A program made the translations under genes and the position numbers. A stretch of DNA of 50,093 nucleotides, from contig DATCUC010000264.1 of NCBI GenBank assembly GCA_036567625.1, positions 1 through 50,093 of the forward strand, read 5' to 3'. Positions 26,724 to 36,770 of this stretch are shown piece after piece. Below the pieces are notes generated by a model. It did no database searches. It was given only the letters and a program-made list of their open reading frames with translations, and was not told the DNA's origin. Numbering within the stretch: position 1 is the stretch's first letter; each line of letters starts with the position of its first letter. This DNA is from Anaerolineaceae bacterium. GTDB lineage: Bacteria; Chloroflexota; Anaerolineae; Anaerolineales; Anaerolineaceae.

Positions 26724-27494
26724 TTGCCAGCGCTTACGCTTACACCTGTTCCGGGTATCCCTTTGATCGAGCCTGGCGACGATCTCGCGGCAATCCTATG
26801 GAGCGCGATGCAGCGCGCAGAAGTTGGGCTTGCGGCGGGGGATATTCTCGTCCTGGCGCAGAAGATCGTTTCCAAAGCAGAGGGGCGGCTGGTCAACCTG
26901 ACCGAAGTTGTGCCCGGTGAGCGCGCCATGGAATTGGCCGCGGTCACCGAGAAAGACCCGCGCTTTATGGAACTGGTGCTGCGCGAAAGCCGCGAAGTAC
27001 TGCGCACCCGCTCGGGAACGATCATTGTGGAGCACAAGTGCGGTTTTGTGTGCGCGAATGCCGGGATCGACCATTCTAATGTGCGCGGGTCGTGGGGCAA
27101 CCAGGATGATTGGGTTCTGCTGCTGCCGGATGACCCGGACCAATCCGCGCGAAATTTGCGCGCGCGGTTTGAAGAACTGAGCGGCTTTATGCCGGGCATC
27201 GTCATCATCGATTCGCATGGGCGCGCCTGGCGCATGGGCACGGTCGGCGTAGCCATTGGCGTGGCTGGCTTACCGGGGTTGGTCGATCTGCGCGGGCAGC
27301 CGGATATGTTTGGGTATACGCTGCGCGTCACTATGGTAGCCGCGGCAGATGAACTGGCCGCAGCGGCGTCGCTGGTGATGGGGCAGGCGGATGAGCGTAC
27401 TCCGCTGGTGCACGTGCGCGGCTTTCCTTATCCTTTGCGGGAAAGCAGCCTTTCAGAACTGATCCGTCCGAAGGAAATGGACCTGTTTCGCTAA
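26724..27494 (+). CDS. cofE: Coenzyme F420-0:L-glutamate ligase, stand-alone CofE (no nitroreductase domain)
   Basis: 256 aa with a TTG start 7 nt after AAGGAG. CofE blocks are 'ILVLAQKIVSKAEGR', 'ANAGIDHSN', 'IIDSHGRAWRMG' and 'AAADELAAAASLVMGQ'. Confidence 0.85.
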   Translation: MPALTLTPVPGIPLIEPGDDLAAILWSAMQRAEVGLAAGDILVLAQKIVSKAEGRLVNLTEVVPGERAMELAAVTEKDPRFMELVLRESREVLRTRSGTIIVEHKCGFVCANAGIDHSNVRGSWGNQDDWVLLLPDDPDQSARNLRARFEELSGFMPGIVIIDSHGRAWRMGTVGVAIGVAGLPGLVDLRGQPDMFGYTLRVTMVAAADELAAAASLVMGQADERTPLVHVRGFPYPLRESSLSELIRPKEMDLFR

Positions 27495-27508
27495 CCCTGG
27501 AGGGGCGT

Positions 27509-28048
27509 ATGTATGTGGTCGCATCGCTTTTGAATCCAACCGCTACACTGCGGACGCAAGAGCTCTGGCAGTGGTTGGAAAGAAACTGCGGCCTGTCCGG
27601 GATCAAATTGACCCCTTTGCCGCATTTTTCCTGGCAGGCAGCCGGTCAGTACGATCTGGAAGGCGTTGAGACCGCGCTGCGCGACCTGGCTGGACGGACA
27701 AAACCGTTTAACGCGCATACCTCCGGGCTGGGGATCTTCACCGGCGATAACCCGGTGCTGTACACCCCTCTGGTGAAGACGCGCCGGTTGATGGAGCTTC
27801 AGGAAGAAATCTGGCAGGTCACGCATGCGCACGCCGCTCACTTGAATGCCTATTACGAAACCGAATCATGGATGCCGCATGTCACGCTGGCTTACCGCGA
27901 TGTGACCCGTGAAAACCTGGCCTGCGCCATGCAAGAGCTGGCCTTTCGCGAAATAAAAATGGATATCCGCGTCGATCACCTGGCGTTGATTTACGAATTG
28001 GATGGGCAAATCGGGATCAAGTTCCGATACGATTTTCTGGAGAATTAA
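27509..28048 (+). CDS. 2H phosphoesterase superfamily protein (2'-5' RNA ligase/LigT-like)
   Basis: 179 aa with the two spaced H-x-T/S motifs 'PHFSW' and 'PHVTLAY' that define the 2H fold. Confidence 0.65.
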   Translation: MYVVASLLNPTATLRTQELWQWLERNCGLSGIKLTPLPHFSWQAAGQYDLEGVETALRDLAGRTKPFNAHTSGLGIFTGDNPVLYTPLVKTRRLMELQEEIWQVTHAHAAHLNAYYETESWMPHVTLAYRDVTRENLACAMQELAFREIKMDIRVDHLALIYELDGQIGIKFRYDFLEN

Positions 28049-28063
28049 ACAAAGGAGCTGCCG

Positions 28064-28459
28064 ATGGTTGAGATACCTGCTTCACACGCAGACTTACTTT
28101 CGGATGATGTGAAAAGTTTTGCATTCCTGGCGACGATCATGCGCTCGGGGAAACCGCAGGTCACGCCGGTGTGGTTCAATTACCGGGATGGGTATATTTA
28201 TATCAATACCGCTGAGGGCCGCGCGAAGGAGCGCAATATGCAGCAGCGCCCGCAGGTGGCGATTGTCATTCCCGACCCGGAGAATATGTACCGGTACATT
28301 GAGTTTCGCGGGCATGTTGTGGATGGAACCATTGAAGGCGCGGATGAGCATATCCACTTTTTGTCGCTCAAATACCGCGGAACGCGTTACACCATTCCGG
28401 CCGGGCAGGTGCGGGTGATGTACCGGATTGAGCCCGACAGCGTAACGGTGAAAGACTGA
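28064..28459 (+). CDS. PPOX-class (pyridoxamine-5'-phosphate-oxidase-like) FMN/F420-binding split-barrel protein
   Basis: 131 aa. 'FAFLATIMRSGKPQVTPVWFNYRDGYIYINTAEGRAKERNM' is typical of PPOX/FDOR-family proteins. Confidence 0.7.
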   Translation: MVEIPASHADLLSDDVKSFAFLATIMRSGKPQVTPVWFNYRDGYIYINTAEGRAKERNMQQRPQVAIVIPDPENMYRYIEFRGHVVDGTIEGADEHIHFLSLKYRGTRYTIPAGQVRVMYRIEPDSVTVKD

Positions 28460-28496
28460 ACCTGGACATAGTACGAACCAGAGGAAGCAAGCATCA

Positions 28497-29426
28497 ATGA
28501 AAATCACAGCTCTGGCGGGTGGGGTGGGCGGCGCGAAACTGGCCGACGGACTGGCGCGCTGCCTGGCCCCGGGTGATCTGACGATCATCGTCAACACGGG
28601 CGATGATTTTGAGCATTTTGGTCTGCGCATCAGCCCGGACCTCGATACGGTTTGTTATACGCTGGCCGGGATTGCCAACCCGCAGACCGGATGGGGGCGG
28701 CAGGGCGAGACATGGACGGCGATGGAGAGTTTACGCCGCCTGGGCGCCCCGGATTGGTTCAACCTGGGCGATGGCGACCTGGCTACCCACCTCGAACGCA
28801 CGCGGCGGCTGCGGGCCGGTGAGAGCCTCTCGCAGGTAACGGCGGCATTCTGCCGGGCGTGGGGCATCCCTCAGCTTGTGCTGCCGATGAGCGACCAGCC
28901 GGTTGAAACTTTTGTGGAAACCCGCGATGAAGGCAGCCTCGCGTTCCAGGAGTATTTCGTTCACCGGCGCTGCGAGCCAGAAGTGACCGGGTTTCGCTTT
29001 GTTGGGATTGAAGCCGCCCAGCCTGCGCCAGGCGTACTGGAAAGTATCCGGGCGGCAGACGCGGTGGTCATCTGCCCGTCCAACCCCTGGGTCAGCATTG
29101 GCCCAATCACTGCTCTGAATGGGGTAGAGCAGGCGCTGCGGGAAAAATTCACCCTGGCGGTCTCGCCGCTGATCGGCGGGCAGGCGGTCAAAGGTCCGGC
29201 GGCGAAAATGTACCGCGACCTGGGGATTCAACCCACGGCAAAAGCCGTGGCAAACAGTTACCGCGGCTTTGTAAGTGCTTTCATGATCGACCGCGTTGAC
29301 CATGCTGAAGCAGAAGAAATCCAACGATGGGGTATAATGACAGTAACCACGGATATCATCATGTCCAGCCCAGAAGACCGACGGCGCCTTGGGAGAGAGG
29401 TTCTTGCCATTTGTGAACAGCACTAG
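28497..29426 (+). CDS. cofD: 2-phospho-L-lactate transferase (FO phosphotransferase)
   Basis: 309 aa. 'KITALAGGVGGAKL', 'IIVNTGDDFEHFGLRISPDLDTVCYTLAG', 'LPMSD', 'ICPSNPWVSIGPI' and 'AVSPLIGGQAVKGPAAKM' align block by block with archaeal CofD. Confidence 0.9.
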   Translation: MKITALAGGVGGAKLADGLARCLAPGDLTIIVNTGDDFEHFGLRISPDLDTVCYTLAGIANPQTGWGRQGETWTAMESLRRLGAPDWFNLGDGDLATHLERTRRLRAGESLSQVTAAFCRAWGIPQLVLPMSDQPVETFVETRDEGSLAFQEYFVHRRCEPEVTGFRFVGIEAAQPAPGVLESIRAADAVVICPSNPWVSIGPITALNGVEQALREKFTLAVSPLIGGQAVKGPAAKMYRDLGIQPTAKAVANSYRGFVSAFMIDRVDHAEAEEIQRWGIMTVTTDIIMSSPEDRRRLGREVLAICEQH

Positions 29427-29441
29427 GAGGAAAACCGGCGA

Positions 29442-30056
29442 ATGAGCTTGTGGGCGATCATCCCCGTCAAGCCATTAAGAAGAGGCAAGTCCCGCCTCTC
29501 GGGAGTATTGTCTGAGGATGAGCGGGCGTTGCTGAATTATACGATGTTATCCAATACCTTAAAAACATTAGCGGAAGTACCTGAGATCAGTGAGCGGTTA
29601 GTCGTCAGCCGGGACCCGGCGGCGCTGGCGCTGGCACGCGAGTACGGCGCACGCACACTGCAAGAGGATGGCAACCCTGGGTTGAATACCGCGCTTCGGC
29701 GGGCCACGGTGGTGGCACAAGTGTATTCCGCCAGCGGCATATTGATTATGCCTGCCGATCTGCCGCTGCTTTCGCAGTCAGACGTCAGGGAGTTGATCTC
29801 ATATACCGATAAGCCGCCGGTAGTGGTCATTGCTCCTGACCGGCGCAGAGATGGCACGAATGCACTGTTGACCACTCCGGCCGGGCTGATCGAGTATCAT
29901 TTTGGGCCCGGTTCGTTTCAAAAACATGTCCAGCTCGCCGAGCGGCAGAATGTGCGCGTTGAAGTTTGTTCTCTTTCAACGCTGGGGCTGGACCTGGATT
30001 ACCCGGAAGACCTTGAATTGCTGCGCCAAATGAAAGCATTACAGGTAGATATTTAG
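29442..30056 (+). CDS. cofC: CofC/FbiD-type guanylyltransferase (2-phospho-L-lactate / PEP guanylyltransferase)
   Basis: 204 aa. 'WAIIPVKPLRRGKSRL', 'PADLPLL' and 'DRRRDGTNAL...LDLDYPEDL' are CofC family blocks. Confidence 0.8.
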   Translation: MSLWAIIPVKPLRRGKSRLSGVLSEDERALLNYTMLSNTLKTLAEVPEISERLVVSRDPAALALAREYGARTLQEDGNPGLNTALRRATVVAQVYSASGILIMPADLPLLSQSDVRELISYTDKPPVVVIAPDRRRDGTNALLTTPAGLIEYHFGPGSFQKHVQLAERQNVRVEVCSLSTLGLDLDYPEDLELLRQMKALQVDI

Positions 30057-30092
30057 TTTCGATCATTCATCTTCATCCTTTTTGGAGGCTCC

Positions 30093-31091
<999 letters not shown>

Positions 31092-31095
31092 CCGG

Positions 31096-31557
31096 ATGAA
31101 AAAGCAAGCCAGCGCCCAGCAGTGCTTTGTGTGCGGCGTCCATAACCCGTTTGGCCTGCACCTCGCGTTTTACGAGGGCGAACCGGGAGAAACGACTGCC
31201 GAAGTGACCATCCCCGAGCAGTACCAGGGGTATCCGGGGGTAGTGCACGGCGGAATCGTTGCGGCCATGCTGGACGAGGTATCTGCGCGGGCTATGCTGG
31301 GCGACGGCGCGCCGCGCTTTATGGTTACAGTAAAAATGTCAGTGCGGTATCGCCGGCCGGTACCGGTAGGCAAGCGCCTGATCATAAAAGGCCATGCCGG
31401 GCAGGTGAAGGGCAGCGTGGCCTACGTAACCGGCGAAATTACTGCGGAAGACGGCTCAATCCTGGCGGAGGTCGAATCGGTACTGGCCGATATTCCGCCA
31501 GAATTGAGGCAAGCTGAGCAAATGGATGGGGACGCCTGGAAGGTGTACCCGGATTGA
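31096..31557 (+). CDS. PaaI-type hotdog-fold thioesterase
   Basis: Start at 'MKKQASAQQCFVCGVHNPFGLHLAF', 4 nt after the LLM stop. 'GYPGVVHGGIVAAMLDE' is the hotdog active-site helix block. Confidence 0.7.
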   Translation: MKKQASAQQCFVCGVHNPFGLHLAFYEGEPGETTAEVTIPEQYQGYPGVVHGGIVAAMLDEVSARAMLGDGAPRFMVTVKMSVRYRRPVPVGKRLIIKGHAGQVKGSVAYVTGEITAEDGSILAEVESVLADIPPELRQAEQMDGDAWKVYPD

Positions 31558-31568
31558 GGAGAAACCCG

Positions 31569-32333
31569 ATGATCGTCGCGTATCACCGACCTACAACCCT
31601 TCAAGAAGCATTGGATCTGCTGGCGCGCAGCGAACCGGTCACGGTTCCGTTGGGCGGCGGTACGATTCTCAGCCGCCCAGGCGCGGGAAAATTCGCCGTG
31701 GTTGATCTGCAGGCGCTAGGCCTGAACCAGATCGAACGCCAGGGCGATCAGCTTATGATTGGCGCGACCGCGACCCTGCAAAGCCTGTATGCACATGCAG
31801 CAATTCCCGCCGGGCTGCGCGCGGCGATCGAGCGCGAAACCACCTACAATCTACGCCAGACAGCCAGCGTGGGCGGGGCAATCGTTTCCGCGGACGGCCG
31901 CAGCCCGTTTGCCGCCGCTCTGCTGGCTCTCAGCGCAGTGCTGAAATGGGCCGACGGCACAAGCACCAGCCTGGAGGAATACTTCGCGGCCCGAAAAAGC
32001 GCTGTTCGCGGCCTGATTTTGCGTGTAGCCATTCCTGCTGCATCAAGAATCGCGTTCGAAACCATCTCAAAGACCCCGGCAGATTTTCCGATCCTGATGG
32101 GGGCAGCAGGGTGGGGCGAGAATGGGCTCGAGCGCCTGGTGTTGGGCGGCGCGGGTGATGCTCCCGTAGCGATAGCCTGGTCAATAAACCGCGAAGGAGA
32201 GCAGATGACCGCCGAACTCATTGAAAAGTATATGCAAAATGCGTATAGCCAATATAGTAATCAGGTTTTTGAAAATCTTGATTACATAAAAACAACCAGC
32301 GCGCTTCTCTTGCGGCGCTTGAGCAGTGGGTGA
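31569..32333 (+). CDS. Molybdenum hydroxylase FAD-binding subunit (YgfM/CoxM-like)
   Basis: Start at 'MIVAYHRPTTLQEALDLL' with GAGGAG 7 nt upstream. 'PLGGGTIL' is the FAD-binding PCMH block. The size is close to the E. coli YgfM size as I remember it. Confidence 0.8.
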   Translation: MIVAYHRPTTLQEALDLLARSEPVTVPLGGGTILSRPGAGKFAVVDLQALGLNQIERQGDQLMIGATATLQSLYAHAAIPAGLRAAIERETTYNLRQTASVGGAIVSADGRSPFAAALLALSAVLKWADGTSTSLEEYFAARKSAVRGLILRVAIPAASRIAFETISKTPADFPILMGAAGWGENGLERLVLGGAGDAPVAIAWSINREGEQMTAELIEKYMQNAYSQYSNQVFENLDYIKTTSALLLRRLSSG

Positions 32334-32349
32334 GATACAGGTGACAATT

Positions 32350-35300
32350 ATGGACATTACTCTTTCCATCAACGGCATCGCCCGGCAGTACAGCATTGCC
32401 CCGAGTGATACGCTTTTATCCGTATTGCGCCGGTCAGGCTTTTTTGGCGTCAAATTCGGCGGCTGCCAGCAGGGTGAATGCGGCGCGTGCGCTGTTTTAC
32501 TCGACGGGCGGCCGGTGAATTCTTGCTCAATGCTGGCAGCGCAGGCGGAAGGCCACCGGATCGAAACCATTGAGGGCATTGGCGAGCATCCCGAGCAGGG
32601 CTGGAAGAAAACCGGCGGGCTGCACCCAATCCAGCAGGCGTTTATTGAAAGCGGCGCCGTGCAGTGCGGTTACTGCACCCCGGCAATGGTGCTGGCCGCA
32701 AAATCTCTGTTGGAACGCGAACCAAACCCCACCGAAGACCAGGTGCGCGAAGTGCTCTCCGGTGTGCTGTGCCGCTGTACTGGGTACCTCAAACCGGTAC
32801 AGGCTGTTTTGCGCGCAGCCGCGGTAATGCGCGGCGAGGCCGTCCCTCCGATTGACGGGGCTTTCCCGGCGCCAGAGGGCCTGTTTGGCGATACCGGAAA
32901 ACCGGGTGAATCCCCGCTCGGGCCAGATGCTTCGCCGGAATCAGCAACGCTGACGCGCGTGATGCCGCGCATTTCCGTGGCCCCGCAGACCGAGAATTGG
33001 AAACAGGTCGGCAAGCCGGAGCGAAAGGTTGACGCCGTGAAACTGGTGCAGGGCAAACCGGCCTTTACCGCCGATGTGGATATTCGCGGCATGCTGGTGG
33101 CCAAAGTGCTGCACAGCCCGGTGGCGCACGCACGCATCAGGCGCATTGACACATCACAAGCCAAAGCACTGAAAGGCGTAGCCGCGGTGCTGACCTACCT
33201 GGATATTCCGCGCGTGGTCTATTCCACCGCCGGGCAGTCCGACCCGATCCCCGGCCCGCTGGACAGCTTCTCGCTGGACAATAAGGTTCGCTTCGTCGGC
33301 GACCGGGTCGCTTTTGTGGCCGCGGAAACCGAAGAGATTGCCTACCAGGCGCTGAAGCTAATCGAAGTCGAGTACGAAGAACTGCCTGCCATCCTTGACC
33401 CGGCGGATGCGATGAAGCCCGGCGCGACACAGATACACGATGAGCCGGAATACGTCAACTTTGCCGACTCCAATCCGGCGAAAAACCTGGCCGCGGAGCT
33501 GCGCATCGATATCGGCGACGTCGAAAAAGGTTTTGCTGAAGCTGATTTCATCTTTGAAGGTGATTACGAGGTGCCCAAGGTACAGCAGGCGCACATCGAG
33601 CCGCACGTGGTGGTGACCTATTGGGATGAAGATGACCGCCTGGTAATCCGCACCAGCACGCAGGTTCCTTTTCATACCCGGCGCGTGCTGGCTCCGGTTC
33701 TCGGGCTGCCGATGAAGCGCATCCGCGTGATTAAGCCGCGCATTGGCGGCGGATTCGGCGGCAAGCAAGAAATTCTGATGGAAGATGTAGCCGCGCACCT
33801 GACGATTGCCACGCGCCGGCCAGTCATTTATGAATATACCCGCGCGGAAGAGTTTGAGGCTGCGCGGTCGCGCCATCCGATGCGCGTGCATATGAAGACC
33901 GGCGTCAAACGCGACGGCACGATCACGGCCAACGAGATGTACGCCCTGTCGGATACCGGCGCGTACGGCTGCCACGCACTGACCGTTACTGGCAACACCG
34001 GGCACAAGTCAATGGGCCTGTACGTTGGCGACGGCCCGTACCGAACCTCGCCCAACATTCGCTTCTATGCGGACGTGGTGTACACCAACACTCCGCCGTC
34101 CGGAGCCTTCCGCGGCTACGGCGTGCCCCAGGGGTATTGGCCGCTGGACCGGCACATGGAAAAGATCGCCCGCGCGTTAGGGCTGGACTCGCTGGACTTC
34201 CGTTTGAAGAATACCATCCGGCCGGGTGAATATCACCCGTTCAGCACGGCCTGGAGTGAGGGCCGCGAGCCGCGCCCCGAGATCGTGCACACCGTGGGGC
34301 TGGAGCAGTGCGTACAGCAAGGAAAAGCCGCAGCCGGTTGGGACCAGAAATATAACAATCCCGAATGGCGGATGGTTCCCGGAAAGCCCAACCTGCGCCG
34401 CGGGATCGGCGTGGCAATGGTGATGCAGGGTACGGCCATTCCCTACCTGGATATGGGCGGCGCGAGCATCAAGATGAATGACGACGGCTCGTTCAACCTG
34501 CTGGTCGGCGCTACCGACCTGGGAACCGGCTCAGACACCGTGCTGGGGCAGATGGCCGCCGAAGTGCTGGGCATTCCGCTGGACGATCTGATCGTCTACT
34601 CGTCCGATACCGATTTCACGCCCTTCGACAAAGGTGCATATGCCTCCAGCACCACCTACATCTCGGGCACGGCGGTCGTCCTGGCGGCGCAAAAGGTGGC
34701 GGAACGCATCCGCGTTCGCGCGGCGCAAATGATCAACGCGCAGGGCGGGTCAGAAGTGCAGCCGGACGAGATCGAACTGGCTCACCGCAAAGCCATTGCG
34801 CCCGACGGTCGCTCGGTGACCCTTTTCGAGGTGGGGCACGAAACGCTGCACCATGCCGATCAGGAACAGATTATGGGCGTGGCCTCCTATGTTTCTCCGG
34901 CCTCGCCTCCGCCGTTCGCGGCGCAGTTTGCCGAGGTAACGGTAGACATCGAAACCGGCCAGGTTACCGTTGAAAAGCTGGTTATGGCCGTCGATGGCGG
35001 CGTGATTGTGAACCCGATCCTGGCTTCTGGCCAGGTGGAAGGTGGTATGACCCAGGCGTTGGGTTATGCAGTTTGCGAAGAAATGCGCTATGATGATAAG
35101 GGGCGCGCGCTGGAGAAGGACCTGGTGGACTACCACATCTTCCGCGCGAATGAAATGCCCGAGCTGGAAACGCTTTTCGTCGAGACCTACGAGCCGACCC
35201 ATCCCTTTGGGGTAAAGGCCGTCGCGGAAATCCCGATGGACGGCGTGGCTCCGGCCGTTGGCAATGCCATCCTGGATGCATGCGGCGCGCAGGTGGACGT

Positions 35301-35385
35301 CAATCCCACCACGCCGCAGCGCGTTTGGGAAGCGCTGCGTTTGGGCAACCCGGCTGGTTTTACCCGCGTCGAAAAGCGCGTTTGA
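32350..35385 (+). CDS. Fused [2Fe-2S] / molybdopterin-binding hydroxylase subunit (XdhD-like, xanthine dehydrogenase family)
   Basis: N-terminal ferredoxin clusters are 'CQQGECGACAV', 'NSC', 'QCGYCTP' and 'CRCTGY'. Next come the aldehyde oxidase/XDH hammerhead and Mo-binding domains ('RIGGGFGGK', 'GAFRGYG'). A C-terminal catalytic-Glu block 'VKAVAEIPM' follows. This is the same fusion as E. coli XdhD. Confidence 0.85.
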   Translation: MDITLSINGIARQYSIAPSDTLLSVLRRSGFFGVKFGGCQQGECGACAVLLDGRPVNSCSMLAAQAEGHRIETIEGIGEHPEQGWKKTGGLHPIQQAFIESGAVQCGYCTPAMVLAAKSLLEREPNPTEDQVREVLSGVLCRCTGYLKPVQAVLRAAAVMRGEAVPPIDGAFPAPEGLFGDTGKPGESPLGPDASPESATLTRVMPRISVAPQTENWKQVGKPERKVDAVKLVQGKPAFTADVDIRGMLVAKVLHSPVAHARIRRIDTSQAKALKGVAAVLTYLDIPRVVYSTAGQSDPIPGPLDSFSLDNKVRFVGDRVAFVAAETEEIAYQALKLIEVEYEELPAILDPADAMKPGATQIHDEPEYVNFADSNPAKNLAAELRIDIGDVEKGFAEADFIFEGDYEVPKVQQAHIEPHVVVTYWDEDDRLVIRTSTQVPFHTRRVLAPVLGLPMKRIRVIKPRIGGGFGGKQEILMEDVAAHLTIATRRPVIYEYTRAEEFEAARSRHPMRVHMKTGVKRDGTITANEMYALSDTGAYGCHALTVTGNTGHKSMGLYVGDGPYRTSPNIRFYADVVYTNTPPSGAFRGYGVPQGYWPLDRHMEKIARALGLDSLDFRLKNTIRPGEYHPFSTAWSEGREPRPEIVHTVGLEQCVQQGKAAAGWDQKYNNPEWRMVPGKPNLRRGIGVAMVMQGTAIPYLDMGGASIKMNDDGSFNLLVGATDLGTGSDTVLGQMAAEVLGIPLDDLIVYSSDTDFTPFDKGAYASSTTYISGTAVVLAAQKVAERIRVRAAQMINAQGGSEVQPDEIELAHRKAIAPDGRSVTLFEVGHETLHHADQEQIMGVASYVSPASPPPFAAQFAEVTVDIETGQVTVEKLVMAVDGGVIVNPILASGQVEGGMTQALGYAVCEEMRYDDKGRALEKDLVDYHIFRANEMPELETLFVETYEPTHPFGVKAVAEIPMDGVAPAVGNAILDACGAQVDVNPTTPQRVWEALRLGNPAGFTRVEKRV

Positions 35386-35420
35386 TCCTGTGGAATGATA
35401 GAGGTAAGAAAACGTTGAAT

Positions 35421-36767
35421 ATGGCATCCCCAATCTACGTGATTGGACACGTCAATCCGGATACCGATTCGATCGCAGCAGCCATGGGTTACGCCTGGCT
35501 GCTGCGCGAGCGAGATGGTGCGGATACCGTGGCCGCGCGCGCCGGCGCGTACAATCCCCAGACCGTCTGGGTACTCAAGTACCTGGGGTTAGAAGGCCCG
35601 GCGCTGCTGACCGACGCCTCGCCACGGTTTGAGTCGGTGATGCGCCGCTTTGATACTGTGACGCCCGAACGCCCGCTGCACGAAGCCTGGACGATCCTCA
35701 ACCGCACAGGCGGGCTTGCCCCGGTGCTCAACGAAGATGGCACGCCGTACGGCCTGGTCACCGGGCGCAGCCTATTCAACCTGCTCAGCCGCATGGTCGG
35801 CCCGCGGATCAAGCAGCAAGAACTAAAGGTAAACGATTTTCTCAACCTGCCTTGTAAGGAAGCCGCGGATACCAACGTGGCGCGCTTTCAGGCCTCAACG
35901 CGCATCCGCGACGTGCTGCACCGCATACTGCGCGAAGAAGGCGATGAATTTTGGGTACTGGACGATAACAAGCGCTATGCTGGCATTTGCCGCCAGCGCG
36001 ATCTGCTCAATCCGCCGCGGCTGCGCATCATTATGGTCGACCATAATGAGCCCGGCCAGGCGGTCGGCTCCCTGGAAGAGGCTGAACTGCTGGAAATTCT
36101 CGATCACCACCGGCTGGGAAACCCATCCACGCACACGCCGATCAAATTCACCGTGGATGTGGTGGGCAGCACCAGCACGCTGGTCTCAGAACAAACGGAA
36201 GAGGCCGGCTTAAGCGCGCCGCCGCCAATTGCGGGGATGCTGCTGGCCGGCCTGCTTTCCGATACACTCATCCTGACCTCGCCGACGACTACCGACCGCG
36301 ACCGCCAGGCCGCGGAACGGCTGGGCCGCTGGGCATTCGCTGCCGGCAGCAAACTGGCCGGCGAAACGATCAAGAGTTACGGCGAAAAGGTGGTAGCCGC
36401 CGGGGCCGGGCTGGCAGCGCGCGCACCGCGCGAGATCGTTTCGACCGATATGAAGGTCTACAACGGCGGCGGCCTGCAATTCTCCATCTCACAGGCGGAG
36501 GTCAGTGATCTTTACGAAGTCACTGAGCACCTGGATAAGCTGAACCAGGCATTGCATGATCTGCGGGTCAGCCGCGGGTTGGATTTTTCGATGCTGATGG
36601 TCACGGATGTGGTGCGCGGCTCGAGCCGGCTGCTGATCTCCAACTCACCAGCGGTGCTGGACGATCTGCCATATCCCCCGGGCAACGACGGCACGCGCCA
36701 GGCGGAGGGCGTCGTCTCGCGTAAAAAACAGCTCTTGCCCGTAGTGCTGGGCTTGCTGGAGGAATAA
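35421..36767 (+). CDS. CBS-domain-containing DHH/DHHA2 family II inorganic pyrophosphatase-like protein
   Basis: Start at ATG 35421. DHH motifs are 'GHVNPDTDSI', 'IIMVDHNE' and 'ILDHHRLG'. A CBS pair is inserted between motifs II and III, and a DHHA2 C-terminus follows ('FSMLMVTDV'). Confidence 0.75.
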   Translation: MASPIYVIGHVNPDTDSIAAAMGYAWLLRERDGADTVAARAGAYNPQTVWVLKYLGLEGPALLTDASPRFESVMRRFDTVTPERPLHEAWTILNRTGGLAPVLNEDGTPYGLVTGRSLFNLLSRMVGPRIKQQELKVNDFLNLPCKEAADTNVARFQASTRIRDVLHRILREEGDEFWVLDDNKRYAGICRQRDLLNPPRLRIIMVDHNEPGQAVGSLEEAELLEILDHHRLGNPSTHTPIKFTVDVVGSTSTLVSEQTEEAGLSAPPPIAGMLLAGLLSDTLILTSPTTTDRDRQAAERLGRWAFAAGSKLAGETIKSYGEKVVAAGAGLAARAPREIVSTDMKVYNGGGLQFSISQAEVSDLYEVTEHLDKLNQALHDLRVSRGLDFSMLMVTDVVRGSSRLLISNSPAVLDDLPYPPGNDGTRQAEGVVSRKKQLLPVVLGLLEE

Positions 36768-36770
36768 CGC

